DNA from: Deltaproteobacteria bacterium
GTDB lineage: Bacteria; Myxococcota; Myxococcia; Myxococcales; UBA5297
NCBI GenBank assembly: GCA_016218885.1
Contig: JACRCT010000256.1
Location: 1-55,143, forward strand
Direction of reading: 5' to 3'
Length of the DNA: 55,143 nt
Part shown: positions 1-8,235 of the stretch, one piece after another
Layout of the letters: each line of letters begins with the position of its first letter
Position numbering within the stretch: position 1 is the stretch's first letter
The notes under the pieces: generated by a model
Databases searched by the model: none
The model's input: the letters and a program-made list of their open reading frames with translations, nothing else
What the model was told of the DNA's origin: nothing
Position numbers and translations under genes: made by a program

Positions 1-282
1 CACGTCCTTGAGCCGGAGGGCGCCCCTCCCGTTCTCCACCGGCACCACCACCTGCTGCACCAGCCGATCGCCCTCCCGGACCGAGAGGACCGCCTGCGCC
101 CAGGCCGCGCCGCCGACGGTGAGGTCCGCCGCGACATCGCAGCGGGCCCCCACGCCGCCGGCCCGCGGCTGGCAGGCCACGTCCACCCGGCCCAGGGCCA
201 GCTTGGCGTCCGGGGCCTGGGCCGGCGTGCAGGCGGCCAGGGCCGCCAGCAGCAGGGTGGCGCGGGTGGTGGGTGCGGTCAT
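1..282 (-). CDS. putative lipoprotein, 5' part only (gene runs off the left edge)
   Basis: ATG at 282-280 on minus strand. My translation MTAPTTRATLLLAALAACTPAQAPDAKLALGRVDVAC... has a signal peptide ending in a lipobox-like LAAC. Frame stays open to position 1. Absent from the ORF track because no stop lies in the window. Confidence 0.4.
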   Translation of the reverse strand, partial: MTAPTTRATLLLAALAACTPAQAPDAKLALGRVDVACQPRAGGVGARCDVAADLTVGGAAWAQAVLSVREGDRLVQQVVVPVENGRGALRLKDV

Positions 283-368
283 GGCGTCGCTCCGGCCTGG
301 GGTCCGGCCCCACTCTACGTCAGGGTGGGCCGGACCGGGGGCGGCGGCGCGCGTGCTAGCGTGGCCGG

Positions 369-686
369 ATGCGGAACGCGCAGGTGCTCCGGCTCCGCGG
401 CCTGGCCGCCCTCCTCGGCTGGCTGCCGCTCATCCTCGACGCCGCCGACGCCGGCGCGCCGCTGGCTGCCCTGCCAGGCGCCGGCCTCCTGGCCGGGCTC
501 CTGCCGGTGGCGTGGTTCGGCGTGGTGGGGCCGCTCCAGCTCGCCCTGGCGGTTGCCACCCTCTTCCTGGCGCCGCGCCTCACCGTCACCGGCGGCTGGC
601 TCTCCAGCATGGCCTTCGGCCTGGCCATGCTGCTGAACGCCGCACTCTGGCTGCGCGCCCGCCGCGAGGCCGCGGCGCGGGGGTGA
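369..686 (+). CDS. small hydrophobic membrane protein (hypothetical)
   Basis: 105-aa ORF with several Leu/Ala/Gly-rich hydrophobic stretches (LLGWLPLILDAA, LLAGLLPVAWFGVVGPL, MAFGLAMLLNAALWL). Overlapping alternative ORFs are Arg/Pro-rich shadow frames. Confidence 0.4.
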   Translation: MRNAQVLRLRGLAALLGWLPLILDAADAGAPLAALPGAGLLAGLLPVAWFGVVGPLQLALAVATLFLAPRLTVTGGWLSSMAFGLAMLLNAALWLRARREAAARG

Positions 687-710
687 GGGGCGGGCCGGAT
701 GCGGCCGGCC

Positions 711-1136
711 TCACGCCGGCGCGGTCAGGCTCACCATCCAGTGGACGCCGAAGCGGTCGGCGCACATCCCGAAGTACGGGCCCCAGGGGGCGTTGGCGAG
801 GGGCATGTTCACCTTGCCGCCCTCCGACAGCAGGGCGAAGGCGCGGTCGGCCTCGGCCTTGTCCTTGGCCACGATGGAGACGTGGAAGTTGTTCCCGTAG
901 GTGACCGGGGGCCCGTACCCGGGCACCGCGTCGCTCGCCATGAGGTGCACCGCCTCGGTGATGGGAAGCTGGGCGTGGGCCACCTTGCCCTTGGCGTGCT
1001 CGGGGGCGTTCTGCATGAAGGAGGTCTCGCCGAAGGTCTGGCGGAACACCACCTTGGTGCCGAAGACCTTGGCGTAGAGCGCCAGCGCCTCGTCGGTGTT
1101 GCCGGGGAAGTTCAGGTAGACGTGCACGAGCTGCAT
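711..1136 (-). CDS. VOC / glyoxalase-fold family protein (PhnB-like)
   Basis: Internal ATG at 1136 of ORF 711..1673. The 141-aa product MQLVHVYLNFPGNTDEALALYAKVFG...HAQLPI...FHVSIVAKDKAEADRAFALLSEGGKV..PWGPYFGMCADRFGVHWMV is typical of PhnB/VOC proteins. The upstream part of the track ORF is low-complexity Ala/Pro/Gly. Confidence 0.8.
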   Translation of the reverse strand: MQLVHVYLNFPGNTDEALALYAKVFGTKVVFRQTFGETSFMQNAPEHAKGKVAHAQLPITEAVHLMASDAVPGYGPPVTYGNNFHVSIVAKDKAEADRAFALLSEGGKVNMPLANAPWGPYFGMCADRFGVHWMVSLTAPA

Positions 1137-1215
1137 GGCGGGCTCCGCGGTGGGTGTCCCGTCCAGGTAAGGGAGGCCAGGCGGGCGCGCCAGGCCCCGG
1201 GGAGGGCCGGGCGCC

Positions 1216-1950
1216 TTGTGGCCGGCCGCGACGGTCCGTACGCTGGGATCCGTGCTGACCACCGCGCTCCTCCTCGCCGCCCTGGCCGCCGCCGGGCCCC
1301 CGCCCACGGCGGAGGCCCCACCCGCCGCCCAGCCCGCCGCCGAGGTGGCCGGGCCGGGCGCTGTCACGGTGGAACCACCCCCCGCGCCGGACCTCGGCGC
1401 GCCGCCCTTGGCTGCGGGGCCCAGCCTGGTGACCCCTTCGCCCTCATCGCCCGGCGCCACCATCGGCGGCGCGCCGGTGAAGGCCGTGGCGGCCAGCGCC
1501 GCCGGGGTCCTCATCGTGGACCTCGCCTGCGGGGCCTGGCTGGCGGCGTCCCTGGACGACCAGCCGCCCCTGTTCGGCGGCGGCAGCGGCGGGTCGAGCG
1601 GCGGCTCAGGTACCGGGCTCGCGGCGCTGTGCCTCATCGCGGTCCCTCCCCTGGCGGCCGTGGTCGGGGCCAACGCCGCCGGCGTGAAGGGCGCCAGCGG
1701 CGCCGCCTACTGGGCCACCCTCGGGACGCGCATCGCCGCCACCGCCCTCACCGGCTGGGCGGCGGCCAAGGTGGCGGAGCGGGCGTCCCGGGGTGAGAAG
1801 TCGGTGCTGGTCCCGCTCCTCTTCGTCCCGAGCGAGCTCCTGCTGCAGCCCTGGGTGGCCACCCGGGTGCTGGTGGCGACGCCGCGCCCGGCCGCCGGCC
1901 CATCGCCTGCCGACCTGGCGAGGCCGGTGGTGGACCCCGCCGCGCCGTAG
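1216..1950 (+). CDS. Ala/Pro/Gly-rich secreted or membrane protein (hypothetical)
   Basis: 244-aa ORF with an N-terminal signal-like segment (LGSVLTTALLLAALAAAGPPP), Pro/Ala linker, Gly/Ser run and hydrophobic segments. Product is low complexity, so coding status is uncertain. Confidence 0.35.
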   Translation: MWPAATVRTLGSVLTTALLLAALAAAGPPPTAEAPPAAQPAAEVAGPGAVTVEPPPAPDLGAPPLAAGPSLVTPSPSSPGATIGGAPVKAVAASAAGVLIVDLACGAWLAASLDDQPPLFGGGSGGSSGGSGTGLAALCLIAVPPLAAVVGANAAGVKGASGAAYWATLGTRIAATALTGWAAAKVAERASRGEKSVLVPLLFVPSELLLQPWVATRVLVATPRPAAGPSPADLARPVVDPAAP

Positions 1951-2098
1951 GCGCCGCTGGCGATGGCCCGGCCTCGCCCCGGGGCGTACGCGGCCCGGCC
2001 GCCCCGACGTGGCCAGGGCCTGGCCCCTCCGAGACCTGAAGCGGGGGGCGGCGCCGGGTAGGAGCAGCGGCGCGAGCAGGAGGGGCCGAGGAGTCCAC

Positions 2099-2965
2099 AT
2101 GGATGCCACCGAAAGCACCGGCCCGGAGCGGGCCCTCCCCACGCAGCGTACGCCGGCGGCCGGCGACGCCGCCTTCACCTCCTCCATCGCGGCCCTCTAC
2201 GACGAGCACCTCGGGCCCATGATCTTCGAGCCCTACGCGGTGGACCTGGCGGAGCGGGTGGCGGCCCTCGCGCCGGAGGCGGTCCTGGAGATCGCCGCGG
2301 GCACCGGGGTGGCGACCCGCGCCATCGCCCGGCGCCTGCCGCCGGGGGCGGCGCTCCTGGCCACCGATCTCAACCCGGCCATGCTGGCCCGGGCCGAGGA
2401 GGTGGGCGCCTCGCGGCCGGTGCGCTGGCAGCAGGCCGACGCGGCGCGGCTCCCCTTCGGAGACGGGACCTTCGACGTGGCCGCGTGCCAGTTCGGCGCC
2501 ATGTTCTTCCCGGACAAGCCGCGGGCCTTCGCCGAGGCCCGGCGGGTGCTCCGCCCCGGCGGCGCCTTCCTCTTCAGCGTCTGGGGCCCCCTCGAGGAGA
2601 ACGAGTTCACCGAGGTGGTGGTGACCGCCCTGGCGCGGCTCTTCCCGGTCGACCCGCCGCGGTTCATGTCCCGCACGCCCCACGGCTACTTCGACCGGGC
2701 CGCCATCGCCGGGGACCTCACGGTGGCGGGGTTCACCGCGGCGCCCCGGTTCGAGCGGGTGGCGCTGCGGAGCCGCGCGCCCTCGGCGCAGGTCACCGCC
2801 CTGGCCCTCTGCCAGGGGACGCCGCTCCGCGGCGAGATCGAGGCCCGCCCCGGCGCCGACCTCGCCGAGGTGACCGCCGCCTGCGCCGCCGCGCTCTCGG
2901 CCCGCTTCGGAAAGGGGCGCATCGAGGGCGGGATGGCGGCGCAGGTCGTCACCGTGGAGGCGTGA
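2099..2965 (+). CDS. class I SAM-dependent methyltransferase
   Basis: ATG at 2099 within ORF 1793..2965. Motif I VLEIAAGTGVAT, acidic-loop LLATDLNPAM, QQADAARLPFGDGTFD, and RVLRPGGAFLFSVW. Confidence 0.85.
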   Translation: MDATESTGPERALPTQRTPAAGDAAFTSSIAALYDEHLGPMIFEPYAVDLAERVAALAPEAVLEIAAGTGVATRAIARRLPPGAALLATDLNPAMLARAEEVGASRPVRWQQADAARLPFGDGTFDVAACQFGAMFFPDKPRAFAEARRVLRPGGAFLFSVWGPLEENEFTEVVVTALARLFPVDPPRFMSRTPHGYFDRAAIAGDLTVAGFTAAPRFERVALRSRAPSAQVTALALCQGTPLRGEIEARPGADLAEVTAACAAALSARFGKGRIEGGMAAQVVTVEA

Positions 2966-3038
2966 CCTGGCGAGGCAGTGAAGGGGCCGGAGCCGCCCCG
3001 TAGGCCGGGTGCTGCTCAGTTGGGTGCGCACCGCGGAA

Positions 3039-3452
3039 CTACTCGTGCCCGGGGCCCTCATCCACCTGTCGAGCCAGGCGCTCCAGCTCCCGCGCCAGCC
3101 CCGCCTTGTCCATCCGCCGCTCAGCGATGGCGATCATCGCCTCGTAGAGCGCTTCCTCGGGATCGACCACCCGGTAGCCGTTGATCCGGAGGAACACCAG
3201 GGCGGCGCCGAGCCCGGTCCGCTTGTTCCCGTCGAGGAAGGGCTGGTTCTCCGCGACGTGGAAGGCGTAGGCCGCCGCCATGGCGAAGATCGACTCGTGG
3301 ACGAACTGACCGCCGAAGGTGGCCCTCGGCATGCCGAGGGCCGACTCCAGCAAGCCCTGGGAGCGGATGCCGAGGGTGCCACCGAACGCCTCGATCTGAC
3401 GCTCGTGCAGCTCCAGCACCTCCTCGAGCTCGAGGAAGTCCGGCTCGGTCAC
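3039..3452 (-). CDS. doc: Doc (death-on-curing) / Fic-fold toxin
   Basis: 137 aa. Doc-type Fic motif region AENQPFLDGNKRTG. Note Gln (CAG, plus coordinates 3243-3245) where the family consensus has His. 4-nt overlap with the upstream antitoxin gene. Confidence 0.8.
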   Translation of the reverse strand: MTEPDFLELEEVLELHERQIEAFGGTLGIRSQGLLESALGMPRATFGGQFVHESIFAMAAAYAFHVAENQPFLDGNKRTGLGAALVFLRINGYRVVDPEEALYEAMIAIAERRMDKAGLARELERLARQVDEGPGHE

Positions 3453-3673
3453 TTGGCGAGCTTCCGGAAGGTCCCGGCGTGGTCGGCCATGACCTCGTCG
3501 ATGGCGCTCCTGACGCGCGCCTTCCGGCCCTTCCGGACCGGCGCGATGATGAGCCGCTCCCCATCGGTCGTCATGTCGAGCTCGGTGTCCTTGGTGAGGT
3601 CGAGCAGCTCCAGGATGGGCTTCTCGATGACGATGCCGAGGCTGTTTCCGATGGCCGAGAGCTTCTTGCGCAT
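3449..3673 (-). CDS. AbrB/MazE/SpoVT-type antitoxin
   Basis: ATG at 3673 preceded by GGAG. MRKKLSAIGNSLGIVIEKPILELLDL is a swapped-hairpin AbrB/MazE-like N-terminus. Stop overlaps the doc start (3449-3452). Confidence 0.75.
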   Translation of the reverse strand: MRKKLSAIGNSLGIVIEKPILELLDLTKDTELDMTTDGERLIIAPVRKGRKARVRSAIDEVMADHAGTFRKLAK

Positions 3674-3756
3674 GGCTGGCTCCGTTCGAACTAACGTATA
3701 ACGAACCAGCCCGATGGGCGCAAGCAAGCGGCGCCGAGTCTCCAGCCCTGAAGGGC

Positions 3757-4347
3757 CTACTTGCTTCCCAACACCAGCCCTGAAGGCCGCCTGGTGTGGC
3801 TCGTCACGATGTAGTCGCCTCTCGCCTCATCGAAGACCGAGTGGATGAATGAAGGGTAGTCGTTGCCGGCCCGCCGGAACGCGCGCTCCAATTCCACCAA
3901 CGGCACTGCCAGCAGAGCCTTCTTGCGGTGCTGGTCTGACGCGACGTAGAGACCAACCAGGCGACCACCGCTGCTGGACAGGTACACCGCGAGGATGTGG
4001 CTGTGAATTGCCTGATTGCAGACGAACCTCAGAGGCAAGCGCTCCTGGGCGCCCCGCTTGAAGTCGAACAACTCCTCCAATCGATGGTTGTTCCACACGG
4101 TGACCCGCTTGCCATTAGATGGGTACGCGGTCGCGCGCAGGCGCATGTCGCTGGTCTCGATGGAGATCTTGTTTGAGTCGATGAGCTTGCGAATGGAGAA
4201 CAGGCCCAGGACCACGGCCTTTTCGACTGCCACATTGGTTGCACCCGCTGTCGGAAGACTGCTTCGCCGTGCGCGAGCAAGGCGGTCGGCATAGCGAAGC
4301 AGATCGTCTTTCCAGAAGCGCGACTCCCAAAGCATTGGGGACCTCAC
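3757..4347 (-). CDS. hypothetical protein (orphan, lower G+C)
   Basis: 196-aa ORF with globular-looking, non-low-complexity sequence. No motif recognised. Spot counts on 60-nt lines gave about 55-63% G+C, visibly below the flanks. Confidence 0.5.
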   Translation of the reverse strand: MRSPMLWESRFWKDDLLRYADRLARARRSSLPTAGATNVAVEKAVVLGLFSIRKLIDSNKISIETSDMRLRATAYPSNGKRVTVWNNHRLEELFDFKRGAQERLPLRFVCNQAIHSHILAVYLSSSGGRLVGLYVASDQHRKKALLAVPLVELERAFRRAGNDYPSFIHSVFDEARGDYIVTSHTRRPSGLVLGSK

Positions 4348-4378
4348 CTGTGTTCGAGCTGTCGGGACGAGAAGTGGC

Positions 4379-5119
4379 CTACGTGGCCGGGAACTGCTCC
4401 AACTCGCGCTGAAGATCCCGATAGAGGTCCAGGATCCAAGCCGGCCCTCGAGGCCCTGGCGGGGGACCCCGCCTCAGGTCCGTCGGCGCGATGACGACCG
4501 TGAAGGCGTCCTTCCCGACCGTGGCCGCAAGCCAGAACAGCTCCTCGATGGCCTCGTCGCCGATCGCGAGGCAGCCAACGCTCACGTCCTTGCCATGGAT
4601 GAAGATGTCGCCCCCGAGGCGCTGGCGACCATCTCTGGCAGCTTGGGCCCGGTCCACCGCGTTGGGGTAGTCGATCCTCAGCGACAGGTGGTAGGCGCTG
4701 TTCGGGTTGAGCTGGTCGATGCGATAGACGCCCTCGGGCACCTGGCGGTCGCCTTCACGGAGCTTGGGCCCGGCGCCGCCGCTGGCCGCGAGCACCGCCC
4801 AGGAGCGGACCTGCACTCGCCGCCCCGCCGCATCCTGGCCATAGAGGTCCAGGCGCTTCGCGTCCTTGATGGCTACGAGCCAAAGGCGGTTCGCCGGCAT
4901 GGCCACGCCAGCCGCCGTGAGCGCGGCGCGCATCCGACTGCCCGCGGTCTGATCCACCGTGGAGGCGGCGTCCACCACGTTACGTCGGCCCGTCGCCCGC
5001 TGGACCCAAGGCACCCATATGTTGCGCCCGTGGGCGTAGAACAGCCAGCACAGGAGGCCGACCAGCAGCGCGGCCGAAGCGGCAAGCGCGATCCTTCGGG
5101 GGTGGCGCTCTTCCTTCAT
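4379..5119 (-). CDS. L,D-transpeptidase (YkuD-fold) family protein
   Basis: Catalytic motif IFIHGKDVSVGCLAIGD (H-G...S-x-G-C). N-terminal TM/signal segment RRIALAASAALLVGLLCWLF. Start taken at ATG 5119; the track ORF extends to 5185. Confidence 0.75.
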   Translation of the reverse strand: MKEERHPRRIALAASAALLVGLLCWLFYAHGRNIWVPWVQRATGRRNVVDAASTVDQTAGSRMRAALTAAGVAMPANRLWLVAIKDAKRLDLYGQDAAGRRVQVRSWAVLAASGGAGPKLREGDRQVPEGVYRIDQLNPNSAYHLSLRIDYPNAVDRAQAARDGRQRLGGDIFIHGKDVSVGCLAIGDEAIEELFWLAATVGKDAFTVVIAPTDLRRGPPPGPRGPAWILDLYRDLQRELEQFPAT

Positions 5120-5223
5120 AGGCGTCCAGGTCGGTGGGTAGGGCCCCGCTAGGATGAGCCAATCACGGCGAGTGCGGGCGGGCAAGAACCGCTGGCCTCG
5201 AAGTGCAAGGCCCCCTCTCCCTT

Positions 5224-5248
5224 CCCTCTCCCCCAGCGGGGGAGAGGG
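5224..5248. repeat. perfect 11-bp stem / 3-nt loop hairpin
   Basis: ccctctccccc-agc-gggggagaggg read directly, in the 269-nt spacer between two minus-strand genes. No T-tract, so terminator function is unproven. Confidence 0.6.
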
Positions 5249-5454
5249 TGCGTCAACGCTGGAGAAATGCCGGAGCCGTCCTGTAAGCCGGGGACCGCTT
5301 CACCGTCCGTGCGTGTCCACCTGGCGCAGGGCGGCTCCGGTCATTTCAGGTAGTTGGCGGCTGGCTTGGCCGCCCCTGGCAGTCTCAGTTCAGAAGTTTC
5401 GGCCAGCCATAGACCAGAGATAGGGCAGGTGCCTGCAAGTCAAGGACAGGCCAG

Positions 5455-6492
5455 TCACCGCGCGACCACGTCGCGACCTTCTCGGAGCTCCGCCGTGACC
5501 TCCCTCAGATCAAATCGAGCTGACTCGGCTGTGAAGAACCGGAGGCTCTGGGCGGGCTCGCAGACCTTGGTAGCAGCCGACAACACCCTTCCAAGGAGAC
5601 GCTGGCCTCGCCACACCTGGGAAGTGAACTTCGGATCTCCGATGAACACGAAGGGCTCGACTCGAGGCTCGTCCTTCAGGTCAGGAGTCTGCGCGGGGAT
5701 CAATCCAAGCCCACGCTTCTGGTCGATCAGGCGGTTGATGTTCCGAACCAGGTTCGCTCGCTCGCCCGGCGCCTGGAGCGCGCGCGTCCAGAGCGCGGCG
5801 TACCCGCCGACCTGAATGGGCGTCCCGTAGACGCCTTGCTCGTCGCTCCCGTGCTTGGCCTCCATGAGTGCCAGGTCGCCGTCGGGCGTGACGCCGATGA
5901 AGTCGACCCCGCCGCCGCGCGCCTTCTCGAGGCGCCTCTTGCGCCGCCGGAGCGCCGGATCCTCGGTCGCCTCGGAGCTGATCCGCTGCTGGACCTCCTT
6001 CAGCCACACTTTGTCATCGCCAGTCAGCTCCTCGAGCTCGGCTTCGCGGTCGACCGCGATCCATGGAAGGGGTTGCCCCAATGTCGCCAGACGAGCCAGC
6101 CAGCTCTGCCAGCCTCCCTCCTTGTGCCACTGGCGTTCCTTGACCTTGATGGCGCCCAGGAACACGTCCCACTTCAGGACCTTGGCCTCGATCTCGCTGG
6201 CACGGAACGTCCCGTAGACCCCCAGCCGGGTCGCCGGCTCCTGGTCCATGTAGCTGGCGTCGGCCTTGGCCTCCAGCCTGTCGTCGCTCAAGTACTTGAG
6301 CTCGAGGACCTTGGTCAGCCCCGCATAGATGGACACGATGTTGCCGCGTCGAAGCTGCGTGTCGAGCGTGACCCGTGGGTGGTGGTTCACTGACAGGACG
6401 CCTGGAGCGGCGAGGAACCGCCGCAGGACTTCGTGCCCCGCGATCAACCCGAGGAACTTCTCACCCAGCGCACGGTCATATTTGAGTGTCAC
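5455..6492 (-). CDS. PD-(D/E)xK-fold nuclease-like protein (hypothetical)
   Basis: 345 aa. Candidate nuclease core GGGVDFIGVTPDGDLALMEAKHG (D...D-x(n)-E-x-K). Last gene of the 8916-5455 minus-strand operon. Confidence 0.55.
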   Translation of the reverse strand: MTLKYDRALGEKFLGLIAGHEVLRRFLAAPGVLSVNHHPRVTLDTQLRRGNIVSIYAGLTKVLELKYLSDDRLEAKADASYMDQEPATRLGVYGTFRASEIEAKVLKWDVFLGAIKVKERQWHKEGGWQSWLARLATLGQPLPWIAVDREAELEELTGDDKVWLKEVQQRISSEATEDPALRRRKRRLEKARGGGVDFIGVTPDGDLALMEAKHGSDEQGVYGTPIQVGGYAALWTRALQAPGERANLVRNINRLIDQKRGLGLIPAQTPDLKDEPRVEPFVFIGDPKFTSQVWRGQRLLGRVLSAATKVCEPAQSLRFFTAESARFDLREVTAELREGRDVVAR

Positions 6493-6516
6493 TTGGTCTC
6501 TCCCCGAGCCATGCCG

Positions 6517-7761
6517 TCAAACGTCCCACCAGGAACCATCTTGTCTGGTCTCTACCCACGGAAGAGTCGCAGCGTACTTTCCTGGATCGCCCGTGTGGAT
6601 CGGAATCACCCGTACCGGCCGTACCGCGTCCACCAGACGCCGCAGGTCCGTCACATAGGCGTGCCCCGACACGTGGTGCACCTCGAGCGGCACGCCGTGG
6701 CGCGCCAGGACCTGCTGGAGCCGCTGCTCCGCCGGTCCCTCCAGGTACCCCCGCCACATAGACCAGACGGCCAGCGCCCCTGGCAAAGCCCCGGCCTGCT
6801 CCAGTTCCCGTGCCATGGAGGGTCGCTGCATGAGCACCAACTCGCCCGCCCTCGCCGCCAGCTCCTCCGGGAAGACCCGATGCGGATGCACTCGGCGGAC
6901 CCGGCCGAACTCCTTGGCCTCCTTCACCTGGATGCGCTCCCTGCGTCGGCAGTAGACCTCAAGACCATCGACCTCAGGCACGGGAACGCCCGGCGCGCCG
7001 GCGGCGGCCGCCAGGGTGGCCGTGTAGAGGTCCACTACCAGGGTCCGCCCGGCCTCTCGCGCCGCCTCGTAGACCGTCCGCAGCCGGTCCAGGTTCTGCG
7101 AGGACCAGCTGGCCAGCACCAGCCCAGGCCATTCGCGGAATCGCCGGGCGAGCGTGCCGCGCAGGTCGGCCTCGCTCGGCCCCTCGCCCTCGCGGCCGTC
7201 AGCGATCTGGGTCCCCTCCATGAGCAGGGCGTGGACGTCCCGCGGCGGGTCGGCCAGGAGGCGTGCCCAAGGGTCCGAGTCGTTGCCGTGCGCCCGGAAG
7301 TCTCCCGTGTAGAAGAGCCGCCGTCCTTCAGCCTCGACCAGGAGCGCGAAAGCGTCGAGCGCGCTGTGCTCCACCTGATAGGGCGTGATCCGGAAAGGTC
7401 CAACCTCGAACGACTCTCGGTCGCCTAGGGTCCAGGTCGGCTCCGGGAGCGGTGGGCGCCCGGTGAAGAACTCGGCTTCCCGGAGGATGCGCGCGGCCTT
7501 GGCGCCGATTCCCATCGGCAGGCCCGGTCGGGCGGTCGGGATCAGGCCACAGTGGTCCCCGTGCAGGTGCGTGACGAGGACGCCGAGCAGCGACGGGTCC
7601 TCTCCGCGCAGCCCCGCGATGTTCGGGAGCGGGTCCTCCCCCTCCTCCGCGTCGAGCGGCAGGCCGAGGTCGAGCAAGATTCGCTGCCCTCCGGACTCGA
7701 GCTCGACGCAGGTGCCGCCCACCTGGCCGGCGCCGCGGTGGATGCATGCGCGCAGCGTCAC
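6517..7761 (-). CDS. MBL-fold metallo-hydrolase, beta-CASP / RNase J-like
   Basis: 414 aa. HxHxDH motif VTHLHGDHCG, downstream FYTGDFR and LLMEGT, C-terminal VHHVSGHA...IPIHTG. GTG start overlaps the upstream stop (GTGA, 7758-7761). Confidence 0.8.
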   Translation of the reverse strand: MTLRACIHRGAGQVGGTCVELESGGQRILLDLGLPLDAEEGEDPLPNIAGLRGEDPSLLGVLVTHLHGDHCGLIPTARPGLPMGIGAKAARILREAEFFTGRPPLPEPTWTLGDRESFEVGPFRITPYQVEHSALDAFALLVEAEGRRLFYTGDFRAHGNDSDPWARLLADPPRDVHALLMEGTQIADGREGEGPSEADLRGTLARRFREWPGLVLASWSSQNLDRLRTVYEAAREAGRTLVVDLYTATLAAAAGAPGVPVPEVDGLEVYCRRRERIQVKEAKEFGRVRRVHPHRVFPEELAARAGELVLMQRPSMARELEQAGALPGALAVWSMWRGYLEGPAEQRLQQVLARHGVPLEVHHVSGHAYVTDLRRLVDAVRPVRVIPIHTGDPGKYAATLPWVETRQDGSWWDV

Positions 7762-8033
7762 TCGTCCCTCGGTCGCGGAGTTGGTTGCAGGGGGAGCACC
7801 CTTCCGCCCGCTTGCTCTTCAGGAGCAGGGGATACCCCCGGAGCGACCCCGCCGCGCAGGCGGAGCTGGAGCGCGCGGGGGCGAAGCTGTCCCTGGACCT
7901 TGCGGAGATAGGCGCGCAGCTTGGCAGCCACCACATACTCCTCGGCCTGGTTGAGCTGCGCGCAACGCTTCACCTGCGCCCGGTATAGCCGCATGGTGAG
8001 GCGCAGTCGCGCTCGAAGCTGGTCCAGGGTCAC
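7758..8033 (-). CDS. small hypothetical protein (helical N-half)
   Basis: 91-aa ORF with a GTG start. GTGA overlaps at both ends, which argues for real translation. The C-half is low complexity. Confidence 0.35.
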   Translation of the reverse strand: MTLDQLRARLRLTMRLYRAQVKRCAQLNQAEEYVVAAKLRAYLRKVQGQLRPRALQLRLRGGVAPGVSPAPEEQAGGRVLPLQPTPRPRDE

Positions 8034-8209
8034 GCCCGCCCCCGGCTGCTCGGCGGCAATGGCTGGAGCTCGACCGTGAGGAGCAGCGCGCTGTCGGTTC
8101 GGGTCGCGCTCGCGATCACCCAGATCCGCCCGTCCTGCTCGCCCAGCACGTCGCCGACCTCGGGCACCGTCGCCGTCTCCCCGGGCTGGGCGACCGGCTT
8201 GCCGTCCAC
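8030..8209 (-). CDS. possible small protein, start uncertain
   Basis: High third-position G+C in this frame between 8236 and 8030. The only in-frame start after the upstream stop is GTG at 8209. No Shine-Dalgarno sequence seen. Confidence 0.25.
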   Translation of the reverse strand: MDGKPVAQPGETATVPEVGDVLGEQDGRIWVIASATRTDSALLLTVELQPLPPSSRGRA

Positions 8210-8235
8210 GAGCGGTATCGTGACCAGGTAGCTGT

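Noticed and set aside
8-3061. Long overlapping ORFs in the first 3 kb (8..904, 699..1796, 1606..2187, 1748..3061)
   Set aside because: Their translations are Arg/Pro/Gly/Ala low-complexity strings, typical of shadow frames in high-G+C DNA. They overlap better-supported genes (VOC protein, methyltransferase).
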